This document shows positions 31,947 to 42,000 of a stretch of DNA of 64,000 bases, in pieces. Made by a program: the position numbers and the translations under genes. The number at the start of each line of letters is the position of its first letter. The stretch's first letter is position 1. Origin of the DNA: an uncultured Holophagales bacterium (GTDB taxonomy: Bacteria; Acidobacteriota; Thermoanaerobaculia; Multivoradales; UBA5704); contig CAWJGT010000025.1 in NCBI GenBank assembly GCA_963842525.1, positions 352,001 through 416,000 on the forward strand, read 5' to 3'. The notes under the pieces were generated by a model, which ran no database searches, had not been told where the DNA came from, and saw only the letters and a list, made by a program, of their open reading frames with translations.

Positions 31947-34754
31947 TCAGGCGGGGGTGCGGGCGCTGCAGGACACCGGCGGGCCGCCGTGGGTCTTGCG
32001 GAAGGCGCTCAGCCTTTCGCAGGCGGCCACGGTCTTGGGATGGGAAGGCCCCCGGGAGCGGTCGAGGGCCTCGTAGCCGGCGGTGAGAAGCGGTCCGGCC
32101 TCGGCCGGCCGGCCGCGCGCCGCCAGACAGGCGCCGAGCTGGCTCTCAGCATCGGCAACCCGCCAGTGGCCGGCGGGCAGGGCGGCGCGCAGGATCTCGA
32201 GGCCCTGCCGCAGCAGCGGCTCCGCCTCTTCGGATGCGCCCCGGGCGAGGCGCAGCGTTCCGACTCCCACCAGCGAAGCCCCGACGTCCGGATGCGTATC
32301 GCCGAGCGCCTTGCGACGGATGGCGAGGGCCTGCCGGGCCAGCGGCTCGGCCAGTGCCAGATCGCCCTGCGCGGCATGGAGCGTCGCCAGGTTCGCAAGC
32401 GTCGTGGCGACGCGGGGGTGCTCGGCGCCCAACGCCTTGCGGGAGATGCGCAGGGCCTCCTCGTAGAGAGGCCGTGCGGCGGCCAGATCTCCCCTCTCCT
32501 CGAGCACCCGGGCGAGGTTGTGAAGCCCCATGGACACCTGCTCGTGCTCGGGGCCGAGCAGCTTGCGGCGCATGGTCAGCGAACGGCGCAGCAGCGGCTC
32601 GGCGGCCTTGGAATCACCGCGCAGGACGAGCAGGGACGCCAGGTTGTTGTGCTGCAGGGCGATCTCGGCATGCTCCTCGCCGTAGACACGGTGCGCAACC
32701 GCAAGCGCCTCACGGTAGCTCGCCTCCGCGCCTGCGATATCGCCGCGCTCGGTCTGGAGCACGGCCAGGTTGTTGAGCTGGGTGGCGATATTCGGATGCG
32801 CCGGCCCGAAGACGCGCCGCATGGTGGCGAGGGCCTCGCGGTAGAGCGCTTCGGCCTCCTCCGGATGTCCTCTCTGCTTTTCGATGAAACCCAGGTTGCC
32901 GAGGTTCGTCGCCACCTCCTCGTGGTCGTTGCCGAAGCGCCGGCGGTTGATGGCGAGCGCCTCCCGGAACAGCGGCTCGGCGTCGTCGTACTGCGCTTTG
33001 GTGGCGAGGTCCGTAGCGAGCGAGTTGAGGCTCTCGGCCACCGCCGGATCGTTGGACCCAAGGAGCTTGCGCCGCATCTCCAGCGACTCCCGGTGCAGGG
33101 CTTCGGCGCGGTCGAGATCGCCGCGGGCCTGGGCGAGGGTCCCCAGGGCATCCAGGCTCGCCGCCACCTCGGGGTGCTCGTTGCCGTAAACCTGCCGGCG
33201 CAGGGCGAGCGACCTCTCCAGGAGAGGCAGAGAGCGGTCGTTCAGCCCCAGGCCGCGGTAGGCCTTGCCGATGGTCGTGGCAAGGGCCGCCTGGACCTCC
33301 GGCTGGTCCTTCAGCCCGGTCTGGACCCGCGCCACGCCCTGGTCGAGGATCTCCCGCGCGGTAACGGTCTGGCCCCGCGCCTCGCTCGGATCGGTAACTG
33401 AGAAAATATTTTCGAGCAGGCGGGCCACCTCGACCGCCTTGTCCCGCTCCCGGCGGATCTCGTCGCGTTGGCGGGCGAGGCGCACCGCCTGCACCGTCAT
33501 CACCACGGCGAGCCCGAGGACGAGGAGGAAGACCCCCGCGGCCAAGCCCACGCCCAGGCGATGGCGACTGACGAACTTCGACGTCCGGTAGCCCAGGGTC
33601 AACGGCCGCGCCAGGACCGGCATGCGCTCGCGATAGCGCCGGAGATCCTCCGACAGGAGCTCCACGGAGCCATAGCGCCGCTGCGGCTCCTTGCGGAGCG
33701 CCATGAGGACAATATTGTCGAGGTCGCCCGCGAGGCGGCGCGCGAGCCGCCGGTCCTGCACCGTGTCCGCCGGCGCGGCGTCGCCGGACGGGACCGAGCG
33801 GCCGGCGGCGGTGCTCGGCTTTTCGGGCTGCTGCTCGACCACCGCCTGCTCGACGGCGCCGAGGCGGTCCGGGTCCAGGCGGTACGGCAGGCGGCCGGTC
33901 AGCAGGACGTAGAGCAGCACGCCCAGCGCATAGACGTCGCTCGCCGTGGTCACCACCCGGCCCTCCACCTGCTCGGGGCTGGCGTAGTGCGGCGTCATCA
34001 GGCGCTGGCCGGTCCGCGTGAGGTCGGCGCCGGGCAGGGTGGAGCCCTCCAGGAGCTTGGCGATCCCGAAGTCCAGGAGGTGAGGCCGGCCGTCGGCGGT
34101 GACCAGGATGTTGGACGGCTTGATGTCGCGATGGACCACCAGGTTCTGGTGGGCGAACTGGACCGCGGAGCAGACCTCGCGGAAAAGGTCGATGCGGGCG
34201 TCGATCCCCAGCCCCTGCTCGTCGCAGTAGCGGTCGATAGGAACACCGTCGATGTACTCCATCACCAGGTACGGCAGGCCATCCTCAGTGGTGCCGCCGT
34301 CCAGGAGGCGGGCGATGTTGGGATGTTCGAGTGAGGCGAGGATCTGCCGTTCGGAGCGGAAGCGCTCCAGCAGGTCGGACCGGTCTGCGCCATAGCCGAA
34401 GACCTTGATAGCGACCTGCTGGCGGAACTCGCCGTCAGCGCGCTCGCCGAGGTAGACGGTGGCCATCCCCCCTTCGCCGAGCTTTTTCTCGACACGCCAG
34501 GGGCCGACGCGCCGTCCCACGGCCGAGGGTGGAGGCAGGGCGATGTCTGCGATGTTCGAAAGATCCGTAGGGAGGGGCGGCTGTTCGAGGAACTCGCCGG
34601 CCGCGGCCTCTGCGGCGAGGAGAGAGGCGATCTCCCGCCGTAGCGCATCGTCGCCGCTGCACAGGTCCGCGAGGCGCGCGTCCCGTTCGGCCGGCGGCAG
34701 GGCCTCGACCTCTTCGAAGATCTCCTCGATGCGCCGCCAGCGGTCAGCCGGCAT
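31947..34754 (-). CDS. membrane Ser/Thr protein kinase with extracytoplasmic TPR repeats
   Basis: LGEGGMATVY, VAIK, HRDIKPSN, DFG, TPHYASPE; TM GVGLAAGVFLLVLGLAVVM; about 10 repeats of 42 aa (HPxVAxxLxNL). Confidence 0.95.
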   Translation of the reverse strand: MPADRWRRIEEIFEEVEALPPAERDARLADLCSGDDALRREIASLLAAEAAAGEFLEQPPLPTDLSNIADIALPPPSAVGRRVGPWRVEKKLGEGGMATVYLGERADGEFRQQVAIKVFGYGADRSDLLERFRSERQILASLEHPNIARLLDGGTTEDGLPYLVMEYIDGVPIDRYCDEQGLGIDARIDLFREVCSAVQFAHQNLVVHRDIKPSNILVTADGRPHLLDFGIAKLLEGSTLPGADLTRTGQRLMTPHYASPEQVEGRVVTTASDVYALGVLLYVLLTGRLPYRLDPDRLGAVEQAVVEQQPEKPSTAAGRSVPSGDAAPADTVQDRRLARRLAGDLDNIVLMALRKEPQRRYGSVELLSEDLRRYRERMPVLARPLTLGYRTSKFVSRHRLGVGLAAGVFLLVLGLAVVMTVQAVRLARQRDEIRRERDKAVEVARLLENIFSVTDPSEARGQTVTAREILDQGVARVQTGLKDQPEVQAALATTIGKAYRGLGLNDRSLPLLERSLALRRQVYGNEHPEVAASLDALGTLAQARGDLDRAEALHRESLEMRRKLLGSNDPAVAESLNSLATDLATKAQYDDAEPLFREALAINRRRFGNDHEEVATNLGNLGFIEKQRGHPEEAEALYREALATMRRVFGPAHPNIATQLNNLAVLQTERGDIAGAEASYREALAVAHRVYGEEHAEIALQHNNLASLLVLRGDSKAAEPLLRRSLTMRRKLLGPEHEQVSMGLHNLARVLEERGDLAAARPLYEEALRISRKALGAEHPRVATTLANLATLHAAQGDLALAEPLARQALAIRRKALGDTHPDVGASLVGVGTLRLARGASEEAEPLLRQGLEILRAALPAGHWRVADAESQLGACLAARGRPAEAGPLLTAGYEALDRSRGPSHPKTVAACERLSAFRKTHGGPPVSCSARTPA

Positions 34755-35340
34755 GGGCAGGATCTCCGCTCTCGTCGCCCGAGAGCCGGCGGTAGAGCCA
34801 GGCCTTGGCCACCCGCCAGCGACGCCGCACCGTGGGATTGGATACGCCGAGGAGAGCGGCGATCTCGTCGTGCTCCAGGCCGCCGAAGAAGCGCAGCTCG
34901 ACGATCTTGGCGAGCGGCTCGTCCTCGTGAGCGAGATCGCTCAGAGCGTCGTCGAGCGCCACCAGGTCTTCATCGCGATGGATGGCGAGGTCCGGCACCT
35001 GGTCCAGCACGAGCTGCCGCACGTCGCCGCCGTGCCGTTGCGAGCCGCGGCGGCGGGCGTGGTCGACGAGGATCCGCCGCATCATCTGCGCGGCGATGCC
35101 GAAGAAATGGGCACGGCTCTGCCAATCCACCTGGCGCTGGTCGACCAGCCGCAGGAATGCCTCATGGATGAGGTCGTGGGTTTCGAGGGTGTGGCCTTCG
35201 CGTTCGCGGTTGAGATACCGCCCGGCGAGCTTGCGCAGCTCGCCATAGACCAGAGGCATGAGCTCTTCGAGCGCGTTTTCGTCCCCGGCCTGCCAATCCG
35301 CGAGCAGCCGGGTCACGCTGCCTGGGGAAACATCGCCCAC
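34744..35340 (-). CDS. ECF sigma factor, TIGR02999/ECF43-like (kinase-coupled)
   Basis: VTRLL..W..GD..A...L.PLVY.ELR, GHTLETHDLIHEAFLRL, RAHFFGIAAQMMRRILVDHAR, VELRFFGGL; overlaps the kinase start. Confidence 0.92.
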   Translation of the reverse strand: MGDVSPGSVTRLLADWQAGDENALEELMPLVYGELRKLAGRYLNREREGHTLETHDLIHEAFLRLVDQRQVDWQSRAHFFGIAAQMMRRILVDHARRRGSQRHGGDVRQLVLDQVPDLAIHRDEDLVALDDALSDLAHEDEPLAKIVELRFFGGLEHDEIAALLGVSNPTVRRRWRVAKAWLYRRLSGDESGDPAHAG

Positions 35341-35490
35341 GAGAGGCCCCCTTTCGCCGTTGTCATTCTGGCATGGAAGGGCCTCAGCAATGCCTTAGGG
35401 CTCGGCACAAAATAAGTGTCTCAATTTCGGCTCTTCAACGCGGCCTTCCAGCGAGCTGACAAGGTCTGTCCTGGGACCCCAGACCCGTCG

Positions 35491-35522
35491 TGTCATCCTG
35501 AGCGTAGCGAAGGATCTGGGGG
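35491..35522. repeat. GTCATCCTGAGCGxAGCGAAGGATCT REP-like unit
   Basis: reverse-complement match to the inner unit at 21459-21519. Confidence 0.7.
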
Positions 35523-35537
35523 CAGGGAGGCTGCACG

Positions 35538-35823
35538 CCGCGGGACCACTGCGCGCCACCGCAGTGAGCGTCCATGGTCCTGTGGTGGCTCCTGCCGGTC
35601 CCGCGGGACCACTGCGCGCCACCGCAGTGAGCGTCCATGGTCCCGTGACTCCTGCCGGTCCCGCGGGACCACTGCGCGCCACCGCAGTGAGCGTCCATGG
35701 TCCCGTGGTGACTCCTGCCGGTACCGCGGAACCACTGCGAGCCACCGCAGTGAGCGTCCATGGTCCTGTGGTGACTCCTGCCGGTCCCGCGGGATCACTG
35801 CGAGCCACCGCAGTGAGCGTCCA
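35538..35823. repeat. tandem repeat, ~4.6 copies of a 60-63 bp palindromic unit
   Basis: units start at 35538, 35601, 35661, 35724, 35787; each has the hairpin cactgcg-N6-cgcagtg. Confidence 0.92.
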
Positions 35824-36998
35824 CTGCGTGTCTGACGATGTGCTACAGTTAATGGTTGAACCGTGTGAGCCAGGTCTTCCTCAGTTACCGGCACGTCTCC
35901 CCCGACGAACAGTTCGCGGAGCGGCTTTGCGCCCATCTCCAAGAGCGGGGGCTCCGTGTCTTCCTCGACAAGCAGATCCAGATCGGCCTCGACTGGGTGG
36001 CGGAGATCGATCGCCAGCTCCGGGCGTCGGACTCTTTTGTTGTCCTCCTCTCCGAAGAGTCGATCCGTAGCGACATGGTGCGCCAGGAGGTGCAGACCGC
36101 CCATGAGCTCCGGCGGGAGGGAAAGCCCGCTATCTTCCCGGTGCGACTGGGCTTCCAGGGGAAGTTGCCCTATGACCTGGGCTCGTATCTGAATCGCATC
36201 AAGTACGCCCTTTGGCATCCGGGTGATTCGGAGGCGGAGCTGTTCGACCTCCTTTACGCCGCAATCACGAGCGGTGCCACTCTCCCGATGGCGCCGCCTT
36301 CCGAGGACCCTGTGGTCGTCTCCTTCACGGACCTTCCCGAGTGGAAGGGGGCTCCCTTGCCCGCGGCCGATCCCCGGATCGTAATGGAGACAGGGACGAT
36401 TCGCCTTAACTCGCCATTCTACATCCGGCGAAGGGAAGACGAGATCATCGAGCGGAGTCTGACGGGTCCGAGTGACACGATTATGGTTTCTGGTCCTGGA
36501 CAGACCGGCAAGAGCTCTCTTCTAGCTCGGGCACATGCTCTGGCGCATCAGAAGGGGCTCAGATCGGTTTTCTTAGACTTCCAGAATGATTTCGATCAAG
36601 CTCAAATCGCCAACCTAAGCACCACTCTCCTGGCCCTTGCCCAGAAAATTGCAAGAGCGCTCAAAACGACTGTCCAGCCGTCCGACGTCTGGGACTCCAC
36701 GCTCCTTGGAGAAAAGGGAAGCTTCTCGGAGTTCCTGGAAACTGCGGTCCTGGCCGGGGCCTCTGGGCCATTCGTTCTTATCCTTGATCAAGTGGACATC
36801 CTGTTCGACAGGGTTCATCGTAGTGATTTCTTCGCAGCCGTCCGCGGCTGGCACAACAATCGAGCGACCAAAGGGGCTTGGGAAAACCTACACCTCGTCC
36901 TTGGCCATGCCACGGACCCAGGACTGTGGATCGAGAACCTGAACGAGTCCCCCTTCAACGTCGGTGTCCGTCTCCGCCTGGGCGACTTAACCCGCGAT

Positions 36999-38656
36999 GT
37001 ATCTGTTTACCGTCAGCGGCACTTTTGGGGAAGGTTTTCCCTGGACACACGTCCGCGCTGGCCAGGCGACCTGACGAGGGCGAGCGGCTACCGACCTGGA
37101 GCCACGGATAACTCGTGGCGAGAACTGTTACGGTGGCTGTGACGCAGGAAGTATTGCCTCAAGCTTCGGTAGCTGGGGGCTGCGCAGAAGCTGGGGCAAG
37201 ATCTCGAGTGTCCCGACTTGGTGTTGCTGAAATGTGCGCAGGGCACTCATCAAGACCGCTTGCGCCTGGGACCCCTCGGCCGTCCGATTTCCCCCAGATG
37301 TCTTGCGGTTGATGACCGCCGGGCGAATCCCTTGTTCGGCCGGCCAATTGGTCGCCTCCACATCCGTGCGTTCCAGGAAGACAAACAGCTGCTCCTGGTG
37401 ACGTATCAAATGCTGAGCCAGACGCTGGTTGTCGGGGTTCGTGAACTGCCCCGACAGACGCCTTTCCATCTGGAGCTCCAAGTCCTGCTTGACCTTCTCC
37501 AGCGCCTCGCCGCTGAGCTTGCCCGCGTCCCGCTGATCTCGCGCCTCCAAGGCGGCCTGCAGGATCTCTTTCACCGCCCGAGGAAAGCGCACCGCACCCC
37601 CTGTCGCCTTCTCCAGCAGCTCCTCGCAACGGCGCAACAGATGCGCCAGACAGGTCTGATGAGTCGCTTCTTCAAATTTCTGATAGGGAGCCCAACCATC
37701 AGCCACCAGCACGCCGACAAAGCCCTCCCCCAGGACCTCAGAGGCCTCGGCATAGCCACGACCCGGCTGGATGCTGTAGACCGTCTCGCTGCGATTGGTG
37801 AACACCCACAACCACACGCTATAGCCCCCCTCCCGCCAGCCCGTCTCGTCCGGGTACACCACAGGAGAAGCTCCGGATCTTCGCCTTCAGCTCCTCGTAC
37901 AAGGGCTCCAGCTTCTTACTCATGCGAAGCAGCGCGCGGCACAGGGCCGAGCGCGACACAGACAGTCCAGCCAGCTCCTTCAGCAACGCGGCGATCTTGC
38001 CGTAGCTCAAGCCTCCGACCTTGTTGAGCCAGGCGGCGAGCCCCAACACGTTTGGACCGAGTTGCACGTTGCCGACCCGGAACGCCTGGGAAGTCTGGCG
38101 CGGGTGACGCCCCACAGCTTCCCGGCCACATGCCGAGCACTTCCCATAATGGAGGATGAACTCCGTCGTCACCGGCCGAATCGGCGGCAGATCGGTCTGA
38201 TACTGGCGAGCTTCGCCCTGCGGAATGACCTGACCCCCACAGTGCTCACAATACAGCGGGCACTCCACCACGATGGTTTCGTCGACGTGATCGGGCACAG
38301 CTCGAGTCGCTTGCTGACCATATTGATCCCCGGCTTTGCGCCCTGGAGACTTGGGATCCTCGCTCGGATCTCCCTTCGAGAAGGGGGCAGCCTGGCGTTT
38401 GCCCCGGCGCCGTAGCTCCTCGACAAGTTTCTCCAGATCGACGATTCGGCGCTTCAGGTGCGCAATCTGGCGCTCCTGCTCCTCCACCCGCTGGCGAAGC
38501 TCACCGTTGTCTTGGCGAAGCTCAGAGTTCTCTTGAAGGAGTTCCTCGTAAGTCGGCATGCCTGAAAGACATTAGACCATGCCGAGAAGAGAACTTCAAG
38601 CCCTTGCGGACGTGCCACCGCTCGGGGAAGGCGGCACTAGGGCGGTAAACAGATAC
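36999..38656 (-). mobile_element. IS66-family insertion sequence (single-ORF type), 1658 bp
   Basis: 14-bp perfect terminal IR GTATCTGTTTACCG; 8-bp TSD CCCGCGAT at 36991-36998 and 38657-38664. Confidence 0.93.
37128..38559 (-). CDS. IS66 transposase (one frameshift ~37870)
   Basis: coiled coil, CxxCG zinc ribbon, DETGW, DGW, QTCLAHLLR, TNWPAEQGIR. Confidence 0.9.
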
Positions 38657-39050
38657 CCCGCGATCAGGTGACGGACCTCAACGCGCGGCATGGGAGCCCC
38701 CTTCGCAGCTCTGAGGAGATCACCAGTCTGATGGAACTGGTCGGCGGCCATCCTTATCTGATACGGCAGGCTCTCTACGTGCTGGCGACGGAACGCTGGT
38801 CCCTCTCGCGGCTTCGGGAGGAGGCGGGCAAGGATGCGGGACCCTTCGGAGATCACCTCCGGCGCCATCTCTGGGCACTGCACCAGAGCGACCGGCTGCG
38901 CGCTGTCGTCTCCCAGATCGTCAGGGGTGAGGGCTGCGACGACGAAAGGCTCTTCCGACGCCTCTTGGCCGACGGCTTGGCCGCCGGAGAGGTCCGCTCC
39001 GAGGCGCGCCTGCGCTGCGCACTCTACCAGCAATACTTTTCGAGACACCT

Positions 39051-42000
39051 GTGAGCGAGACGGCAGCTCCCGCCAGTCCGTTCTACGTCGTCGGGGGCAC
39101 CCTGAAGCCAGGGGCACCCAGTTACGTCGAACGGCGGGCGGACACGGATCTCTATGAGAGCCTCCTGGCGGAAAGCTTCTGCTATGTCCTCACCGCGCGG
39201 CAGATGGGGAAGTCCAGCTTAATGGCCCGGACCGCGAAGCGGTTGGAGCAGGACGACATCCGTACCGCTGTCGTGGACCTTACCCAAATCGGGACCGAAC
39301 GGGGAGCCTTGGCGGCGGGGCAGTGGTATTTTGGGATCGCCAACGAGGTCCATCGACACCTCCAAATCGCCGTGCCGCTGCGCCCCTGGTGGCAGGAGAG
39401 GGCCGACCTCCCGCCGATCCAGCGCCTCACCAACTTCTTCCGCGAGTTCGTGCTGGAACATTGCCTCGGCCGGGTCGTGGTCTTCGTGGACGAGATCGAT
39501 TCGACGATCGGTCTACCCTTCGCGGACGACTTCTTCGCGGCCCTCCGCTCCTGCTTCAACGCCCGAGCCACAGACACCTCTTTCGAGCGGTTGACCTTTG
39601 TCCTGCTTGGCGTCGCCACACCGGACCAGCTCATCCAGGACCCGGCGCGCACGCCGTTCAACATCGGAAAGAGAATCGACCTGACCGACTTCACTGCGGA
39701 CGAAGCCTGGAGGCTGGCGCCCGGGCTGCACGCTGATCCTGCCGCGGCGGGCCGCCAGCTGGAGCGCGTTCTTCATTGGACCGGCGGGCATCCCTATCTG
39801 ACTCAGGTGCTCTGCCGTGCCGTCCGGGAGCAGGCTGCGGAGAACGGCACGGCGGAGGAGTCAGTCGATCCCTGGGTCGAGGAGCTCTTCTTCTCCTCGC
39901 GAGCGCAACGGGAAGAGGCCAATCTCAAGCAGGCACGAGCCCGCCTCGAGAGACCCGGCCCTGAAGGCCGCCGGCTCCTACGCATCTATCGTCGCATCCG
40001 ACAGGGAAAGTCGGTAACGGACCAGCCGCTCTCCCCCCTTTTCGCTCAGCTTAAGCTCGCGGGAGTGGTCAAGGCAACGGACGAAGGTCGGCTCGCGGTG
40101 CGCAACCGCATCTACGAGGTGGTCTTCACGCCGGAATGGGCGAAGTCTGCGATGCCTGCCGATCGCGGCCGGCAGCTCGCAACAGCCACACTGGCGGCGG
40201 CCGTGGTGGGTGTCCTTGTCTGGTACGTGGCTTTCCAGCCGCCCCTCTACGAGCGGGCGTTCCAAGCCGCGTTTGAGGACGACGGTTACAACGGAGCCCG
40301 CGAAGCCTACATTGCCCTCCGCGCCAATCCTTTCTCCAGGTCCAAGGCGACTGAGTTGATGCAGCAGTTCTGGGAACAGAGAGCCCTGCGATATGCCCAC
40401 GCAGGCCAAAGGGATGAGAGCCTTCTGAGCTGTCTCCAAGGATTGGCCTTGAGAGACAGCGAAAAGCTCGGGAGGCAGGCCACGAATCTCGTTGGCCCGG
40501 ACTACGACAGGCTCCGGTTCACATTTCGGCATCAGGAATCCATTGCTGCGGTTGCCTTCAGCCCTGATGGCCGGACCGTCCTGACAGGGTCCTGGGACAA
40601 CACGGCCCGGCTCTGGGATGCTGGCTCCGGACAGCCGCTCACCCCTCCCTTGCGGCATCTCGACGACGTCGTCGCCGTGGCCTTCAGCCCTGATGGCCGG
40701 ACCGTCTTGACAGGGTCCTGGGATGACACGGCCCGGCTCTGGGATGCTGGCTCCGGACAGCCCCTCACCCCTCCCTTACAGCATCAGGACTCCGTCGCCG
40801 CCGTCGGCTTCAGCCCTGATGGCCGGATCATCCTGACGGGGTCCTGGGACAAAACGGCCCGGCTGTGGGACGTTAGCTCCGGACATCCGCTCACCCCTCC
40901 CCTGCAGCATCAGGACGACGTCGCCGCCGTCGGCTTCAGCCCTGATGGCCGGATCATCTTGACGGGGTCCAGGGACAAAACGGCCCGGCTCTGGGACGCT
41001 CGCTCCGGACAGCCGCTCACCTCTCCCTTGCAACATCAGAAAGATGTCGTCGCCGTCAGCTTCAGCCCTGATGGCCGGATCATCTTGACGGGCTCCGAGG
41101 ACAACACGGCTCGGCTCTGGGACATTGGCTCCGGACAGCCGCTCACCTCGCCCTTGCAGCATCAGGGCGTCGTCGTCGCCGTGACCTTCAGCCCTGATGG
41201 CCGGATCATCTTGACGGGGTCCAGGGACAAAACGGCCCGGCTCTGGGACGCTCGCTCCGGGCAACCGCTCACCTCCGCCTTACAGCATCAGGGCGCCGTC
41301 GTCGCCGTGGCCTTCAGCCCTGACGGCCGGACCATCCTGACGGGATCCGAGGACAACACCGTCCGGCTCTGGGACGCTCGCTCCGGACAACCGCTCACCT
41401 CCGCCTTACAGCATCAGGGCGCCGTTGTCGCCGTGGCCTTCAGCCCGGATGGCCGTACCGTCCTGACGGGGTCCTGGGACAAAACGGCCCGGCTCTGGGA
41501 CGCTCGCCCCGGACATCCGCTCACCCTTTCCTTGCGGCATCTGGACGACATCGTCGCCGTGGCCTTCAGCCCGGATGGCCGTACCGTCCTGACGGGGTCC
41601 TGGGACAAAACGGCCCGGCTCTGGGACGCTCGTTCCGGACAGCCGCTCACCTCCGCTCTACAGCACCAGGGCGCCGTCGTCGCCGTGGCCTTCAGTCCGG
41701 ATGGCCAGACCGTCCTGACGGGATCCGAGGACAAAATGGCCCGGCTCTGGGACGCTCGTTCCGGACAGCCGCTCACCTCCGCCTTACAGCATCAGGGTGC
41801 CGTCGTCGCCGTGGCCTTCAGCCCGGATGGCCGGACTGTCTTGACAGGGTCCTGGGATGACACGGCCCGGCTCTGGGATGCTGGCTCCGGACAGCCCCTC
41901 CCCCCTCCCTTGCAGCATCAGGACTCCGTCGCAGCCGTGGCCTTCAGCCCGGATGGCCGGACCATCCTGACGGGGTCCGGGGACAACACCGCCCGGCTCT

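Larger units (their letters stand above)
35865..39054 (+). pseudogene. TIR + AAA_35-like STAND NTPase gene interrupted by IS66
   Basis: TIR (VFLSYRH, VFLDKQI, VVLLSEES, VRQEV), Walker A GPGQTGKSS, SPFNVG; removing the IS and one target copy gives in-frame GDLTRD-QVTDLN..GGHPYL. Confidence 0.9.

Noticed and set aside
35538-35823. CRISPR array
   Set aside because: The inter-hairpin segments are near-identical rather than unique spacers, and there are no cas genes in the window.
37819-37880. Programmed frameshift in the IS66 transposase
   Set aside because: No slippery heptamer is visible; a single extra T is consistent with the error pattern elsewhere.
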